Origin: Eledone cirrhosa
Taxonomy: Eukaryota
Direction of reading: 5' to 3'
DNA: 64,000 bases
Assembly (NCBI GenBank): GCA_964016885.1
Contig: OZ024741.1
Coordinates: forward strand, 290,532,001 to 290,596,000
The notes under the pieces were generated by a model. That model saw only the letters and a list, made by a program, of their open reading frames with translations. It did no database searches and had not been told where the DNA came from. Made by a program: the position numbers and the translations under genes. Position 1 is the first letter of the stretch; each line of letters opens with the position of its first letter. This document shows, in pieces, positions 29,010-42,200 of the stretch.

Positions 29010-29103
29010 GTGGAACACTGGAAGGTAATATCTGTAGTGGTAGAGCACTCAGTCCAAGGGACGAGTTAGGTAGAAGTGGTTACACAACAGTTAGTTCACC
29101 ATA

Positions 29104-29143
29104 CCGAGAACAATTGTTTCACCTTCGCGGATCTTCAGCTCGG
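29104..29143 (-). ncRNA. Minimal type I hammerhead ribozyme (family G)
   Basis: CCGAG-CTGAAGA-T-CC(GCGAA)GG-T-GAAACAATTGTT^CTCGG. Confidence 0.85.
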
Positions 29144-29324
29144 GATGTGTATGGTTATAGGAACAGGAAGGACAACCGTACGAACGCGCATGCGCAGAAA
29201 CTCGGTCACTTCACACAGGCAATACTAGACTGCGTGCGGGAGGTGTAAGGGAGATCACTGCGAAAGTCCGGAAAGTTTTTAGGTTGAAAATAAAATTAAA
29301 AATTAAAAATAAAATTACAAAGAA

Positions 29325-31430
29325 TCAGTCCGGAGCCTTGTAGTTATGCAATAGATGTTTGGTGACGTGTGGACAACGTGTGAAAAATTCACTTCTCGTG
29401 TTTAGGCAATCACTATTGCGTAATCTCTTTAGGATAGTTATTCGTTCGTCAATACATAAGCCACACGTCGGATTGGACTTAGTGATGGCTTGGACTTAGT
29501 GATGGCTTTCCATTGAATGGAGTAGCCTATACTTGAGTCCTTGAGAGACCATACGTGACTCGCAAGTTTCGTGGATGAACGTCTGTCCGGGTATCTGAAG
29601 GTAGACTGGTGGTTCAGGAAACGCTTCTTGAATCGGCCCTCCGCCATGCCCACATAGGATTTGACCTCATGTGGTTCGTTTGGTCGGTTGGAAGTGACCA
29701 CAGCTTCATAGATTACAGCTGGTGTGTTGCATTGCTGTTGAAGGGGGCAAGCTTCAGGCTTACGGCAAGAGCACCCTGGTGGGTGTTGCTCCTAGGGCTG
29801 CTGGTGATGTGGGCCTTCATGTTCTTAGCGCAGGAGTATCCTAGTTTAACTTTGTGTCGGTTAAAGATGGAGCGGTATTTATGACCTATGGGGAAGTGTC
29901 TATCTAAGAGGGCTAGAAATGTTTTTCCTACATTGGTTTTAACGTAGAGTGAGAAGGGAGGAGAGAACCAGATAGTTTGTCTATTGATGCGCTTACTTTT
30001 CTTAATGGTGTTGTTGCTAGTGGAAGAGTAGGTGATAGGTTGTGAGAAGCCACTGTTAGCCAACGCCGTGTTATAGTAGGGTGCCGCCCAGTCAAAGATA
30101 GCCTTATTAGAGGAGAGGTTTGAGATTCTAGTACTGATATTCTTAACGAAGTTTCTAAAAACAGTGGGAGGGTGGCATGAGTCCTTGTGAATGTAATTAA
30201 GTTTCTCGTTTAGCTTATGGAAGGGTCTGTGGGTGTGTGTGCGAAGGTCTGAATTAATGTCTAATAAATCTACGCTAGAGAGGTTGGTGGCTACTGTTAT
30301 CCTAAGGCCTAACACATTGAAGGTAGAAGCTAAGTCTTTTTTAAACCGGTCGAGGTCGTGACCACTTTTATTGCTCGATAAAGTCAGTCCATCGTCACGG
30401 TATATTCCCGTGTGGAAGTACAGGAATCTAACACGTAATATGTCTAAGATAAAAAGGCCAACCAAGTCGCATACGTCAGCACTGTCAAACGATCCCATGG
30501 AGACGTCGAACAGGTCTGAAGATGTAGACTTCTTTGCCCAGGCTACTCCATCGTTGAAGAGGAGGGTTTTCCGGCAGAGAGCGATGATTTCCTTGTCTAA
30601 ACCATCGACGGTGGTATAAGTGGTAGCGAAGACCAACGCTTTGTTTAACAGGGTCTCTGAGATCGACGGGTAAAAATCGACAATGTCAAACTGTGTGAAC
30701 TTCGCTTTTTTTATTTTAAGGAGTTAAGCCACTTAATTACGGAGTCGCTGTTTTCCCACTGGGGCAGGTTGGACTTGGTCCTAATGGTCTTAACTATGTT
30801 TCTAAGTATGGCCTTACTGACTAGTCCCATATCTGTGCGTGCCGGGTTTATTAGTCTACATGAGGGGTTAGAAGTAAAGTCTACTTGTGATCTTTCAGGG
30901 TGAGGAACGCCTCCCGCTTAGCTAGAGATTGTAGCTTCTTATCTACCTTAAGTTCGGTGGCGAGTTCCTTGGCTTCTGTATTAATATCGTGGTAGGCCAT
31001 AGGGTTAGCTTTCTTATATTTGGAAGTAATAGCGTTATGGGCCAGGTGGCGGAAAGTGGTGTTGTCGACTTCGTAAATATTATTAGTTTTGTCGGAAAGG
31101 ACGAAGGTGTTATTAGAAGACCTAAATTTCTTAATATCGTTTCTGAGTTTCGTTTGAAAGGTGTTAGTGTGTTTGCAAAAGGAAATGTTAGCGACTAAGT
31201 CAAGAAGGTCCGTCTCGAAAGGAGCAATTTCGGTTACCTTAGGAGGGTAGGCTCTCGATTTCAAGTTGAAGGTGTTGTGTGTGCCTGTAATTTTGTCGTC
31301 GAAAGCTAGGGTTCGCCATCTTAAGCGTCTGACGACATCTTCCGCTTTTTGTAGGAGGAGCTTTTGGTAAACATGTTTGGAGGGAGCTGGAATGTTCTTC
31401 AGGGAGTAATTCAGTTCGTATAAATCGATA
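29325..31430 (-). pseudogene. PLE polyprotein: N-terminal domain, RT and GIY-YIG, with a stop and frameshifts
   Basis: YSLKNIP, RRLRWR, SDKT, FDIVDFYPSI, MGSFDSADVCDLVG, YRDDGL, WFSPPFS, CSCRKPEAC, VIY..YVG; TAG at 30881; shifts near 30715, 29780 and 29480. Confidence 0.93.
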
Positions 31431-32374
31431 CTGACGTTGATGAGACGCAAAATTATGTAGGACACGAGGATATATAGAGCGCTCTCAGGGTAGTAAGCCA
31501 AACACCATTAAGAAAAGTAAGCGCATCAATAGACAAACTATCTGGTTCTCTCCTCCCTTCTCACTCAACGTTAAAACCAATGTAGGAAAAACATTTCTAG
31601 CCCTCTTAGATAGACACTTCCCCATAGGTCATAAATACCGCTCCATCTTTAACTGACACAAAGTTAAACTAGGATACTCCTGCGCTAAGAACATGAAGGC
31701 CCACATCACCAGCAGCCCTAGGAGCAACACCCACCAGGGTGCTCTTGCCGTAAACCTGAAGCTTGCTCCCTTCAACAGCAATGCAACACACCAGCTGTAA
31801 TCTATGAAGCTGTGGTCACTTCCAACCGACCAAACGAACCACAAGAGGTCAAATCCTATGTGGGCATGGCGAAGGGCCGATTCAAGGAGCGTTTCCTGAA
31901 CCACCAGTCTACCTTCAGATACCAGGACAGACGTTCATCCACGAAACTCGCGAGTCACGTATGGTCCCTTAAGGACTCAAGTATAGGCTACTTCATTCAA
32001 TGGAAAGCCATCACTAAGTCCAAGCCATACGCAAGGGGAAATCCGACGTGTGGCTTATGTATTGACGAACGAATAACTATCCTAAAGAGATTACGCAATA
32101 GTGATTACCTAAACACGAGAAGTGAATTTTTCACACGTTGTCCACAAGTCACCAAACATCTATTGCATAATTACAAGGCTCCGGACTGATTCTTTGTAAT
32201 TTTATTTTTAATTTTTTAATTTTATTTTCAACCTAAAAACTTTCCGGACTTTCGCAGTGATCTCCCTTACACCTCCCGCACGCAGTCTAGTATTGCCTGC
32301 GTGAAGTGACCGAGTTTCTGCGCATGCGCGTTCGTACGGTTGTCCTTCCTTGTTTTCCCATAACCATTCACATC

Positions 32375-32414
32375 CCGAGCTGAAGATCCGCGAATGTGAA
32401 ACAATTGTTCTCGG
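32375..32414 (+). ncRNA. Minimal type I hammerhead ribozyme (family G, one stem II change)
   Basis: CCGAG-CTGAAGA-TCCGCGAATGT-GAAACAATTGTT^CTCGG. Confidence 0.75.
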
Positions 32415-32440
32415 TATGGTGAATTAACTGTTGTGTAACC

Positions 32441-32591
<151 letters not shown>

Positions 32592-32746
32592 GAAGCGTTA
32601 TCACGTCGGACAAAATTCCCTCTTTGCCTTTCATCTTTGCGATATTGAAAAAATAATATACCAGTCAACTACTGGGTTCGATATAATCAAATTAATTCCT
32701 CCCCCACCCGAAAAAAATATTACTGGCGTTGTACTTAAATTAAAAA

Positions 32747-32816
<70 letters not shown>

Positions 32817-33399
32817 TATATAATAAAATGTGGAGAGGAAGCACACGAGTTAGGATATATATATATATATGAAAACAGGGAGAAAGAGACGATTATTAGG
32901 AATAAAAATATATTTTTTTCCTTTTTTGTTTCTCTCTCTCTTTTTTCTGGGTTAGAAAATGATTAAAACGAAATGTTTTACTTTGTGTGAAGTGTAAAGG
33001 TATTAGTTGATTTATTTATTATTTAACAAAGGCATTTATTTATCTATTTATATATTTAATTATCGTCTATTACCGGTTTCAGCATTTTTATGCATTATCA
33101 AATGATAGTGAAATGTATTAGTGTGCTGTCACAGATGTTAAACAGAAGGTGTAGAAAGAATAATGTTATTTACATACAAGGTTTATGAAGTGAAAAGAAA
33201 AAAGAAAAAGGAAAAAAAAAACGTGCATAATGTTGAGCATAAAAAGTCAATGTGAAAGAAAAAATAATGTTATTTACAAGCATAGTCATTGAAGTTAAGC
33301 AGATCAAAATGTGTTAATATAGCAAGAGTGCTTAGTTGATCCATGGTTCCGTGATGGAGGAAAATGGTGGACAGTCACCATTTGCCTCCATCATTTAAC

Positions 33400-33720
33400 A
33401 TACAAAAACAAGATGGCGTAGGACAGAACAAAGGAGAGGCACAAAAACAAAGAAAAGAATCTCCAGTCACTGAAGAGGTCACAGAATGTGTGACGAAATA
33501 ACTTTGACAATATATAAACAATCATCTGGTTGTGGAACCAACCAACCAAACAACCGGAAATTTATAAATTCCTAAATTTATAAATTTATTATAATAAATT
33601 GAAGTGAAAGCTTTGGTGCGTGTGTTTCTTATTGGCAACATGACCCTCCCAAAGTATAACAATATCGGTTTCAACACACGTTTTCAGATAAAGAATCTTG
33701 CTAAACAAATTCAGAAATGA
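33400..33720 (+). mobile_element. Family E 3' end with HHR (33465-33509)
   Basis: Matches 23635-23960. Confidence 0.85.
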
Positions 33721-33868
33721 TATATATTCAGAAACGATATATCTATTATAAGTTGAGCCAACTTATGCAGCTTCATATCCAAAAGAGATTAATCACCTCA
33801 TTTACAAAGACGAGAAAACAATATATTCTCGATGTTTTCAAGTCCAGCAGTCGCAAGCGGTGGGAAAG

Positions 33869-33912
33869 ACCATCCCGAGGAAGAGCAGTCAAGCCTGAAA
33901 TGCATAGATGGT
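33869..33912 (+). ncRNA. Degenerate type I hammerhead (family O)
   Basis: ACCATC/GATGGT helix I, core CCGAGGA (U4 to C), GAAA, palindromic ATGCAT, A^. Confidence 0.6.
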
Positions 33913-34061
33913 TGTCCCCCTTGCTTCTGCTGGACACCACCAGAGGGCGTCAGCCCCGGTGTTTGCATAGCTACGACTTCCAAAAACAGTGTTTCTTTAG
34001 AAATACGAAATATCTATACATATTTGTATAAAGCTATGCCTGAAGCGAAATATACTATTTC

Positions 34062-34089
<28 letters not shown>

Positions 34090-34092
<3 letters not shown>

Positions 34093-34306
34093 ACGAAGGA
34101 AATGTGGTAAGGAACCAGGTGGACCATAACGCACCAAAGTACTCAATACTTAGGGTAGTAGAGTGGGTAATAGGAACAAGTAAGACCCCGACGGCTGAGC
34201 TCAAGCCGTTTCGACGGCTAATTCTGGACTCAATTAGACGGCTAATTCGTCCAGAATTAGCCGTCGAAACGGCTTGAGCTCAGCCGTCGGGGTCTTACTT
34301 GTTCCT
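34090..34306. mobile_element. Family J fold-back element
   Basis: Near-identical to 12596-12780, with a more complex junction at 34225-34255. Confidence 0.85.
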
Positions 34307-34348
34307 ATATATATATATATATATATTCATAAATACATACATATTTAC

Positions 34349-34431
<83 letters not shown>

Positions 34432-34438
34432 TATATAT

Positions 34439-34529
<91 letters not shown>

Positions 34530-34979
34530 AAATAAATTACATGCACATATGTTTACATATGTATGTATTCGTATATACGTTTGTCGGTTACATAACCGAA
34601 GTGGGTGATATTTTTATGACCTATATCAGTAACCATAGCCTATCAAAAATATATTTGCTATGTACCCCAGTGTCCCATTATTTTGGACAAATACCATTTG
34701 AGATTATAATGGGTTTTGCAAAATGCCGTCCGTGATTTGTTTATTCGCGAAAGTGGTGAACAGGGAGTTGCAGAATGTATTGGTTATCGTTGCAGGGAAA
34801 TGTAGTGTTTATGTATGATTTTGATATGGTTGGTATAACAGGGCCGGATAAACATGCATACATGTATGTATGTTATGTAATGTAGTGTAACGTTTGTATG
34901 TATGTATGCATGTATGTATGTATGAATGTATGTGTGTATGTTTGTATGTGAACCTCTATATATGCATTTGAATATATGT

Positions 34980-35010
<31 letters not shown>

Positions 35011-35547
35011 CAAACACATACACACGTGCGCACACACACATGTATATATATATATTTATATATATATATATATACACACATACATTTACACACACACACA
35101 CACATATTGTGGTGATTAGCGTCAGGGTTTATGGTTTGGAAGCAGGGCTTAGGCTTGGAGCTAATTGTTAGGGTTTAGAGTTCTGAGGTTGGATTACTTT
35201 TAGCAGTTAAGCTTGAAGAATTTTGAATTTGTGAGTTCTATTTATTTCCCTACAAACTTTTAATCTTCAGTTATTAACTCATATAAATTTGAAAAATAAA
35301 CCTTATGGAAGCAGAGTTGTAGCGATTTTAGAACGCTCGTTCTATTTCTTTTAAAATTTAATAGCAAAATATTCACTTTCGGGCGATTTTACAACTCTGG
35401 TTCGATTTATTTTGAAAATTTACTATTAAAAAATTCAATTTTCTGTTACTATCTAATGTATGTATGTATGTATGTATGTATGTATGTATGTATGTATGTA
35501 TGTATGTATGTATGTATGTATGTATGTATGTATGTATGAAAGTCAAT

Positions 35548-37201
35548 ATATTGAAAGTCAATCTGGTTTTCGTGCTGGACGCGGCACTACTGATATGATC
35601 TTCTCAGCTAGACAGATCCAGGAGAAGTGCATGGAACAAGGTTTGGATCTGTATCAGGTTTTTGTCGATCTGACAAAAGCTTTCGATACTGTTAACAGAA
35701 ATGCATTATGGAGTGTTCTCCAGAAACTTGGTTGCCCTGATAAGTTCCTTGCTTTAGTTAGGTCTTTCCATGACGACATGAAGGCTTGGGTTAATGTTGG
35801 AGGTAACATGTCTGAGCCTATCTCAGTAAAAAATGGAGTGAAACAAGGGGATACTCTAGCCCCGACCCTGTTTGCCATATACTTTGCAATGGTTTTCAGT
35901 ATTGCATTCAGGAATTGCGAGCATGGTGTTTACATCCGATATCGAACCTCGGGCAGCATATTTAACATCAGGCGCTTTGCTGCAAAGACAAAAGTATTTA
36001 CATCAATCATAAGCGACCTCTTGTATGCAGATGATTACGATCTTGTAGCGCAAACAGAGAGTGATATGCAGCACATTTTGAATGCATTTTCTGACGCTTG
36101 CACTGCCCTAGGATTCACTGTCAGTCTCAAGAAAACCGTCGTCATGTACCAACCTGCACCTGGTAAGCAGTACAGTGAACCAAATATCTATGTGTAAACG
36201 ACTTGGAGTGGTTGATCAGTATGTCTACCTGGGAAGCACTGTCAATCGATACAGCAACGTTGATAGTGAAATCTCACTTAGGATTAGGAAAGCAAGTGAT
36301 GCTTTCGGAAAGCTAGAAAGGCGACTCTGGGGTCGGCGAGACATATGCAGGAGGACAAAGGTAAAGGTGTACAAGGCATGTGTGCTCTCTTGTCTTCTTT
36401 ATGCCTGCGAGACCTGGGTCACATATCGACACAACCTTAAGCAATTGGAGCGTTTCCATCAGATGTGTCTCAGACGGATCCATGGCCTTCACTGGAGGGA
36501 CCACATCAGTGATATCGAGATTTTGGAAAGCTCTATGTGTGACAGTATAGAAGCTCTTGTGCTTAAGCAACGACTCCGTTGGAGTGGTCACCTTGCTATG
36601 ATGAAGTATTCTAGAATACCAAAACAACTCTTTTATGGAGAGTTAGTTAAAGGAAAACGACCGCCACATAAACCCCAAAAAGAAGTATAAGAATTCCTTG
36701 AAAGCCTCTTTGAAAGACGCTAACATCTTTGCTGATACATGGGAAAATATTGCTGCTGATCGTAATAAATGGAGAAAGACTGTATACGAGGGAAAAGTTG
36801 CCCTTGAGGCATCTCGAATCGTATACGAGAAAGTAAAGCGGGATGTGAGGAAGGGCATTGCTGATGCACTTCCAGACGCAGAGGGTCCTCCCATGGTGTT
36901 GACATGCAGCGTCTGTGCGAGACTCTGCCTAAGCAAAGCTGGACTCGAAAGTCATCTTCGCAGTCATAAAGTAAGACCAGTGGTTGACTACCAGGCTGCT
37001 GTTGGAGATGCTACTCATCATGCTTGCCAAGCATGTGGTAGAGAATGTAAATCAGCAGGAGGGCTCAAACGACATGCAAAAGTACATGAACTCCAACTAC
37101 AGCCGGCTATTCCCAGTGAATGTTTTGGTTGCCGACGCTGTGCAAAACATTTTAGATCATTGGCTGGGCTAAAAAGCCACATTCGATCGCAGCGCTGTTA
37201 G
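35548..37201 (+). mobile_element. RTE-clade LINE, 5'-truncated: RT plus three C-terminal C2H2 fingers
   Basis: QSGFR, FVDLTKAFD, GVKQGDTLAP, LYADD, YVYLGS, RLRWSGH; two frameshifts; three CxxC-x12-HxxxH/Q motifs. Confidence 0.92.
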
Positions 37202-37325
37202 TTGCTATAGTGTGTGTGTGTGAGTGTGTTTGATGTGTGCGTGTGTGTATATATATATGTATATGTATATTCTTATTGTTGTTGTTGTCGTTATTATTAT
37301 TATTATTGTTATTAATATATATATA

Positions 37326-38086
37326 TTTTTTTGGCTATGCGAATGATTGTTTATCCATCGTCTCAGTGTGATTGGCCTTTAACGTTTGTTATAGCTCTGG
37401 TTTATCTGAATCATTGAGCACTTGCCACACATCTCGGAGGTTGTTTTTCGTTATTTCGTGGGCCGAAATGCGATTCTCGATAATTTATATTTATATTAAT
37501 CTCCAGACTCTAGCTATTGACCAGTTAATTTTCTTGATTTTTTAGTTGATTCTATTGACTGATGAATAGCTTATGTTAATTTTAACCCTTCTGTTGAGAA
37601 CTCTATTCGATTTGTGATGTTTTTGCATTCTTGTAATAACATACACAACTGAATTCATTCGCCTGATATAGGGGTAGCCTCCCTTGCCGATCCCCACGTG
37701 GGGTCAGTAATAGTCAGTCCTTGTATTAACATTGAACTAAAACCTGTTGAGAAAGTGGCTTCCTTGTTCAATCATCTTACCAGAAGCCTAACATTATTTA
37801 TGTAAGCGGACAGTATTTGATTTAGGAGCCGCAGAAACCCAAAAGCTGGATTTTACCAACCTTCCAGGGGTCCGGGTAAATTTTTAATCACAGATATTTT
37901 TTATTTGTTTGACCCGAATTACTTAATCGTTTTTTTGGCTATGCGAATGATTGTTTAACCATCGTCTCAGTGTGATTGGCCTTTAACGTTTGTTATAGCT
38001 CTAGTTCATCTGAATCATTGAGCACTTGCCACACTTCTCGGAGGTTGATTTTCGTTATTTCGTGGGCCGAAATGCGATTCTCGATA

Positions 38087-38090
<4 letters not shown>
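37326..38090. repeat. ~155-bp direct duplication (37326-37485 and 37931-38090)
   Basis: TTTTGGCTATGCGAATGATTGTTTA...GCGATTCTCGATAATTT occurs twice. Confidence 0.8.
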
Positions 38091-38146
<56 letters not shown>

Positions 38147-39192
38147 TCTCGTGCAATGGCCTTATTCGATAACAAGGGGGCAGCCATCATCATGCATGTA
38201 TGTATGTATGTATGTATGTATGTATGTATGTATGTATGTATGTATGTATTCCAGTAGAACATGTCCCATGGTCGGGTCGTTGGCGACTAAACTGGCAACC
38301 CCACCAAGGTTTCTTGGTGAGGAGGGTGACTTTGGACATCCTGCAGGAATAAAAACAAAACCTGTCAAAGGGCAAAGGAGCTCTTAAGAGTCAATGGCCA
38401 TCCAAAATCACCGGGAGAGATGACCCCTTAGCCTTTGTCAAGGCAGAATTCTAGGAAGGAAAACTCTGATATAACACCTGCAACTCTGATGGTATCCAAT
38501 GATGTTGACTTGTTCTTCTTTTTGGTAAATATCATCTTGATTAAGAGAGTGGGACTGGCTTTGTGCAGTGCTTTTGCTCACTATAAAAGCTTCAGGGCAC
38601 AGGCATTGCTTTGTATCTGGAGATCTTTCTGCACTTGTCGTCACATGGTACCATGGGCCCAGCACTAAGTGTCAATAATTGTCACAAGTGTAGTGTTTGT
38701 ACCAGTTTTCAAGTCGCTGGCTGAACTAAAAAGTCACACTCGTTCAGCGCATCGGTAGGGGTTCTCCTACATGGATATAAAGTAGTGGCCGTACTCGAAA
38801 ACGAGTTGGCAGCCTGTATGTATATATATATGTTTATATCGGAGTTATCCCAGTTTCCTGAGTTGTCTTCTCCTAGAAGAATGCCCTGACAAAGGCTCAG
38901 TAGTTACCGATGATGTTGATCTTTTCTTCTTTTCGGGTTATAGCTACTGTCGCTCAGAGAGTGGGATTGGCTCAGTGCACAGTCTTTCCTCACTTTAAAA
39001 AGAATCTTCACACACAGGCATTGCACGATAGAATTAATTAATAATGTTATATCGTGCAATGGCCATATTCGATAACGAGGGGGCAGCCATCATCTATGTA
39101 TGTATGTATGTATGTATGTATGTATGTATGTATGTATGTATGTATGTATGTATGTATGTATGTATGTATGTATGTATGTATGTATGTATGTA

Positions 39193-39525
39193 TGGTCCCG
39201 TAACTCCTGATAGAGTCATAGGGGCGCCGTATTGACATACGGCGTTTCTTCGGTATTTAAAGCCTGGTGGAACCCATACCTTCCAGGCCGATTTCCCGTA
39301 CAGCAGATTTCTTCCAGAGAAAGATAGAAAGTGACAGAGAGGGACATGAGAAAGATATATAAATGAAAAAAAATCGACCCCCAGTACTAGACTGCTACAT
39401 TCTTTTTATCGACCTTGAAAGGATGAAAGGCCAAGTTGACCTCGGCAGGATTTGAACTTCGAGAGCAGAGAGTCAGAAGGAATACCATAAAGCCTTCTAT
39501 CCGACGTTCAAACGACTCAGCCATT
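39193..39525 (-). mobile_element. SINE with long (CATA)n tail
   Basis: SINE core at 39375-39460; the 3' end abuts (TATG)n at 39094-39192. Confidence 0.65.
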
Positions 39526-39911
39526 GGGCCGCCTTTACTCTCTAATACAATTCACCAATTCTCGAATATTCTATGCTACTTGTTTAGATGAAACTCACCT
39601 CATACTAATTGTTATTTTTGTTGGTATCATCATCATCGCATTTATTATAATTGTTGTTGCCCTCCCCACCGTCATCATTCTTCATTATCTTCATCTCATC
39701 ACCATCATCATCATAATCTACCTATATATTTTCATCGTCGTCGTTATCACCAGCGTTGGTTTCGTCATCTTCGTTATCGTAATCATCATCGTCTTTATCA
39801 TCATCATCGTCGTTATCGCCGTCATCGTCTTCATCATCATCATCATCATCATCACCATTTCATTATCGTCACCTTCATAGTCGTTAGCCTCATCACCACC
39901 ATCGTTATTAT

Positions 39912-40090
39912 GTGGCAGTATCGGTAGAGTGTCGGACGCCATGCTTTGACGCATAGAGTTACGGCCCTTGCCATTCTGAGTTCAAATCCCGCCGAGGTTA
40001 ACTTTGCCTTTCATCCTTACGAGGTCGATAAAATAAAGTACCAGTAATGCACTGGGTAATTGCTGGCCTTGTGCCTAAAGTAGAAACAAT
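39912..40090 (+). mobile_element. tRNA-derived SINE
   Basis: TGGCAGTATCGG..GAGTTCAAATCCC plus core. Confidence 0.8.
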
Positions 40091-40249
40091 TATCATTGAA
40101 ATCATCATCACTATCAACGTTTTAACTCTCCTCTCCTTTTGCCTTTTATTCATCTTCGCCCTCCAACTCATCACCATCATCATCATCATCATCATAATCA
40201 TACTCATCACCACCATTGACGTCATCATCGCCATCGTCATCATCATACT

Positions 40250-42200
40250 CATGGTGGTGGTGGTGGTAGGTGTGGTGGTAGTGGTGGTGGTGGTGGTGTT
40301 GGTGGTTGTGGTGGTAGTGATGGTGGTGGTGGTGGTGGCGGTGGTGATAGTGGTGGTGGTGGTGGTGATGGTAGTGGTGGTTGTGGTGGTAGTGGTGGTA
40401 GTGGTTGTGGTGGTGGTAGTGGTGGTAGTGGTGGTGGTGGTAGTGGTGGTGGTAGTGGTGGTAGTGGTGGTAGTGGTGGTGGTTGTGGTCGTTGTGGTGG
40501 TAGTGGTAGTGGTGGTGGTTGTGGTGGTAGTGGTGGTAGTGGTTGTGGTGGTGGTAGTGGTGCTGATTGTGGTAGTGGTGGTGGTGGTAGTGGTGGTAGT
40601 GGTGGTGGTGGTGGTAGTGGTGGTAGTGGTGGTAGTGGTGGTGGTTGTGGTGGTTGTGGTGGTAGTGGTGGTCGTGGTGGTTGTGGTGGTGGTGGTGGTG
40701 GTGGTTGTGGTGGTCGTGGTGGTGGCGGTGGTCGTGGTGGTTGTGGTGGTTGTGGTGGTCGTTGTGGTGGTCGTGGTGGTGGTGGGGATGGTTGTGGTGG
40801 TCGTGCTGGTGGTTGTGGTGGTCGTGGTGGTTGTGGTGGTGGTTGTGGTGGTCATGGTGGTGGCGGTGGTCGTGGTGGTTGTGGTGGTTGTGGTGGTCGT
40901 TGTGGTGGTCGTGGTGGTGGTGGGGATGGTTGTGGTGGTCGTGCTGGTGGTTGTGGTGGTCGTGGTGGTTGTGGTGGTGGTGGTCGTGTTCGTGGTGGTG
41001 GTGGTGGTGGTCGTGGTGGTCGTGGTGGTAGTAGTGGTCGTGGTGGTGGTGGTGCCGATGGTAGTGGTTGTGGTGGTGGTGGTGGTCGTCGTTGTGGTGG
41101 TTGTGGTGGTGGTCGTGGTGGTGGTAGTGGTCGTGTTGGTGGTGGTCGTGGTGCTGATGGTGGTGGTCATGGTGGTCGTGGTGGTTGTGGTGGTGGTAGT
41201 GGTGGTAGTGGTGGTAGTGGTGGTGGTCGTGGTGGTGGTTGTGGTGGTGGTCGTGTTGGTCGTTGTGGTGGTGGTCGTGGTGGTGGTAGTGGTCGTGGTG
41301 GTGGTGGTGGTGGTGGTGGTGCCGATGGTAGTGGTTGTGGTGGTGGTGGTGGTCGTCGTGGTTGTTTTCGTGGTTGTCGTGGTGGTGGTTGTGGTGGTGG
41401 TGGTGGTGGTCGTCGTGGTTGTTTTCGTGGTTGTCGTTGTGGTGGTTGTGGTGGTGGTGGTCGTCGTCGTGTTGGTTGTGGTGATGGTCGTGGTGGTGGT
41501 GGTGGTGGTCGTCGTGGTTGTTTTCGTGGTTGTCGTGGTGGTGGTTGTGGTGGTGGTGGTGGTGGTCGTCGTGGTTGTTTTCGTGGTTGTCGTTGTGGTG
41601 GTTGTGGTGGTGGTGGTCGTCGTCGTGGTGGTTGTGGTGATGGTCGTGGTGGTGGTGGTGGTGGTCGTCGTGGTTGTTTTCGTGGTTGTCGTGGTGGTGG
41701 TTGTGGTGGTGGTGGTGGTGGTCGTCGTGGTTGTTTTCGTGGTTGTCGTTGTGGTGGTTGTGGTGGTGGTGGTCGTCGTCGTGGTGGTTGTGGTGATGGT
41801 CGTGGTGGTGGTGGTGGTGGTCGTCGTGGTTGTTTTCGTGGTTGTCGTTGTGGTGGTTGTGGTGGTGGTGGTCGTCGTCGTCGTGGTGGTTGTGGTGATG
41901 GTCGTGGTGGTGGTGGTGGTGGTGGTCGTGGTGGTGGTCGTGGTGGAGGTGGTCGCCGTCGTGGTCGTCGTGGTTGTAGTGGTTGTCGTCGAGGTGGTCG
42001 TAGTCGTCATTGTCGTTGTCGTCGTGGTCGTCGTTGTCATAGTCGGCATTGTCATCGTCGTTGTCGTGGTTGCCGTAGTTAATGTGGCCATAGTCGCGGT
42101 CGTGGTTGTGGTCGTCGTAGTCATGGTTTTTGTGGTGGTCGTGGTGGTGGTCCTGGTTGCCGTGGTCGTTGTCGTAGTCGCCGTGGTTGTCGTAGTCGCC
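40250..42200. repeat. Compound (GTN)n trinucleotide array with higher-order units
   Basis: GTG/GTA/GTT/GTC in unbroken phase; marker periods of 138, 156 and 267 bp. Confidence 0.95.

Noticed and set aside
29325-32190. Selenocysteine recoding, reported for some Naiad PLEs
   Set aside because: Conserved Cys positions I could read use TGC/TGT; the TGA near 31655 is an arm-specific CGA to TGA change; no convincing SECIS.
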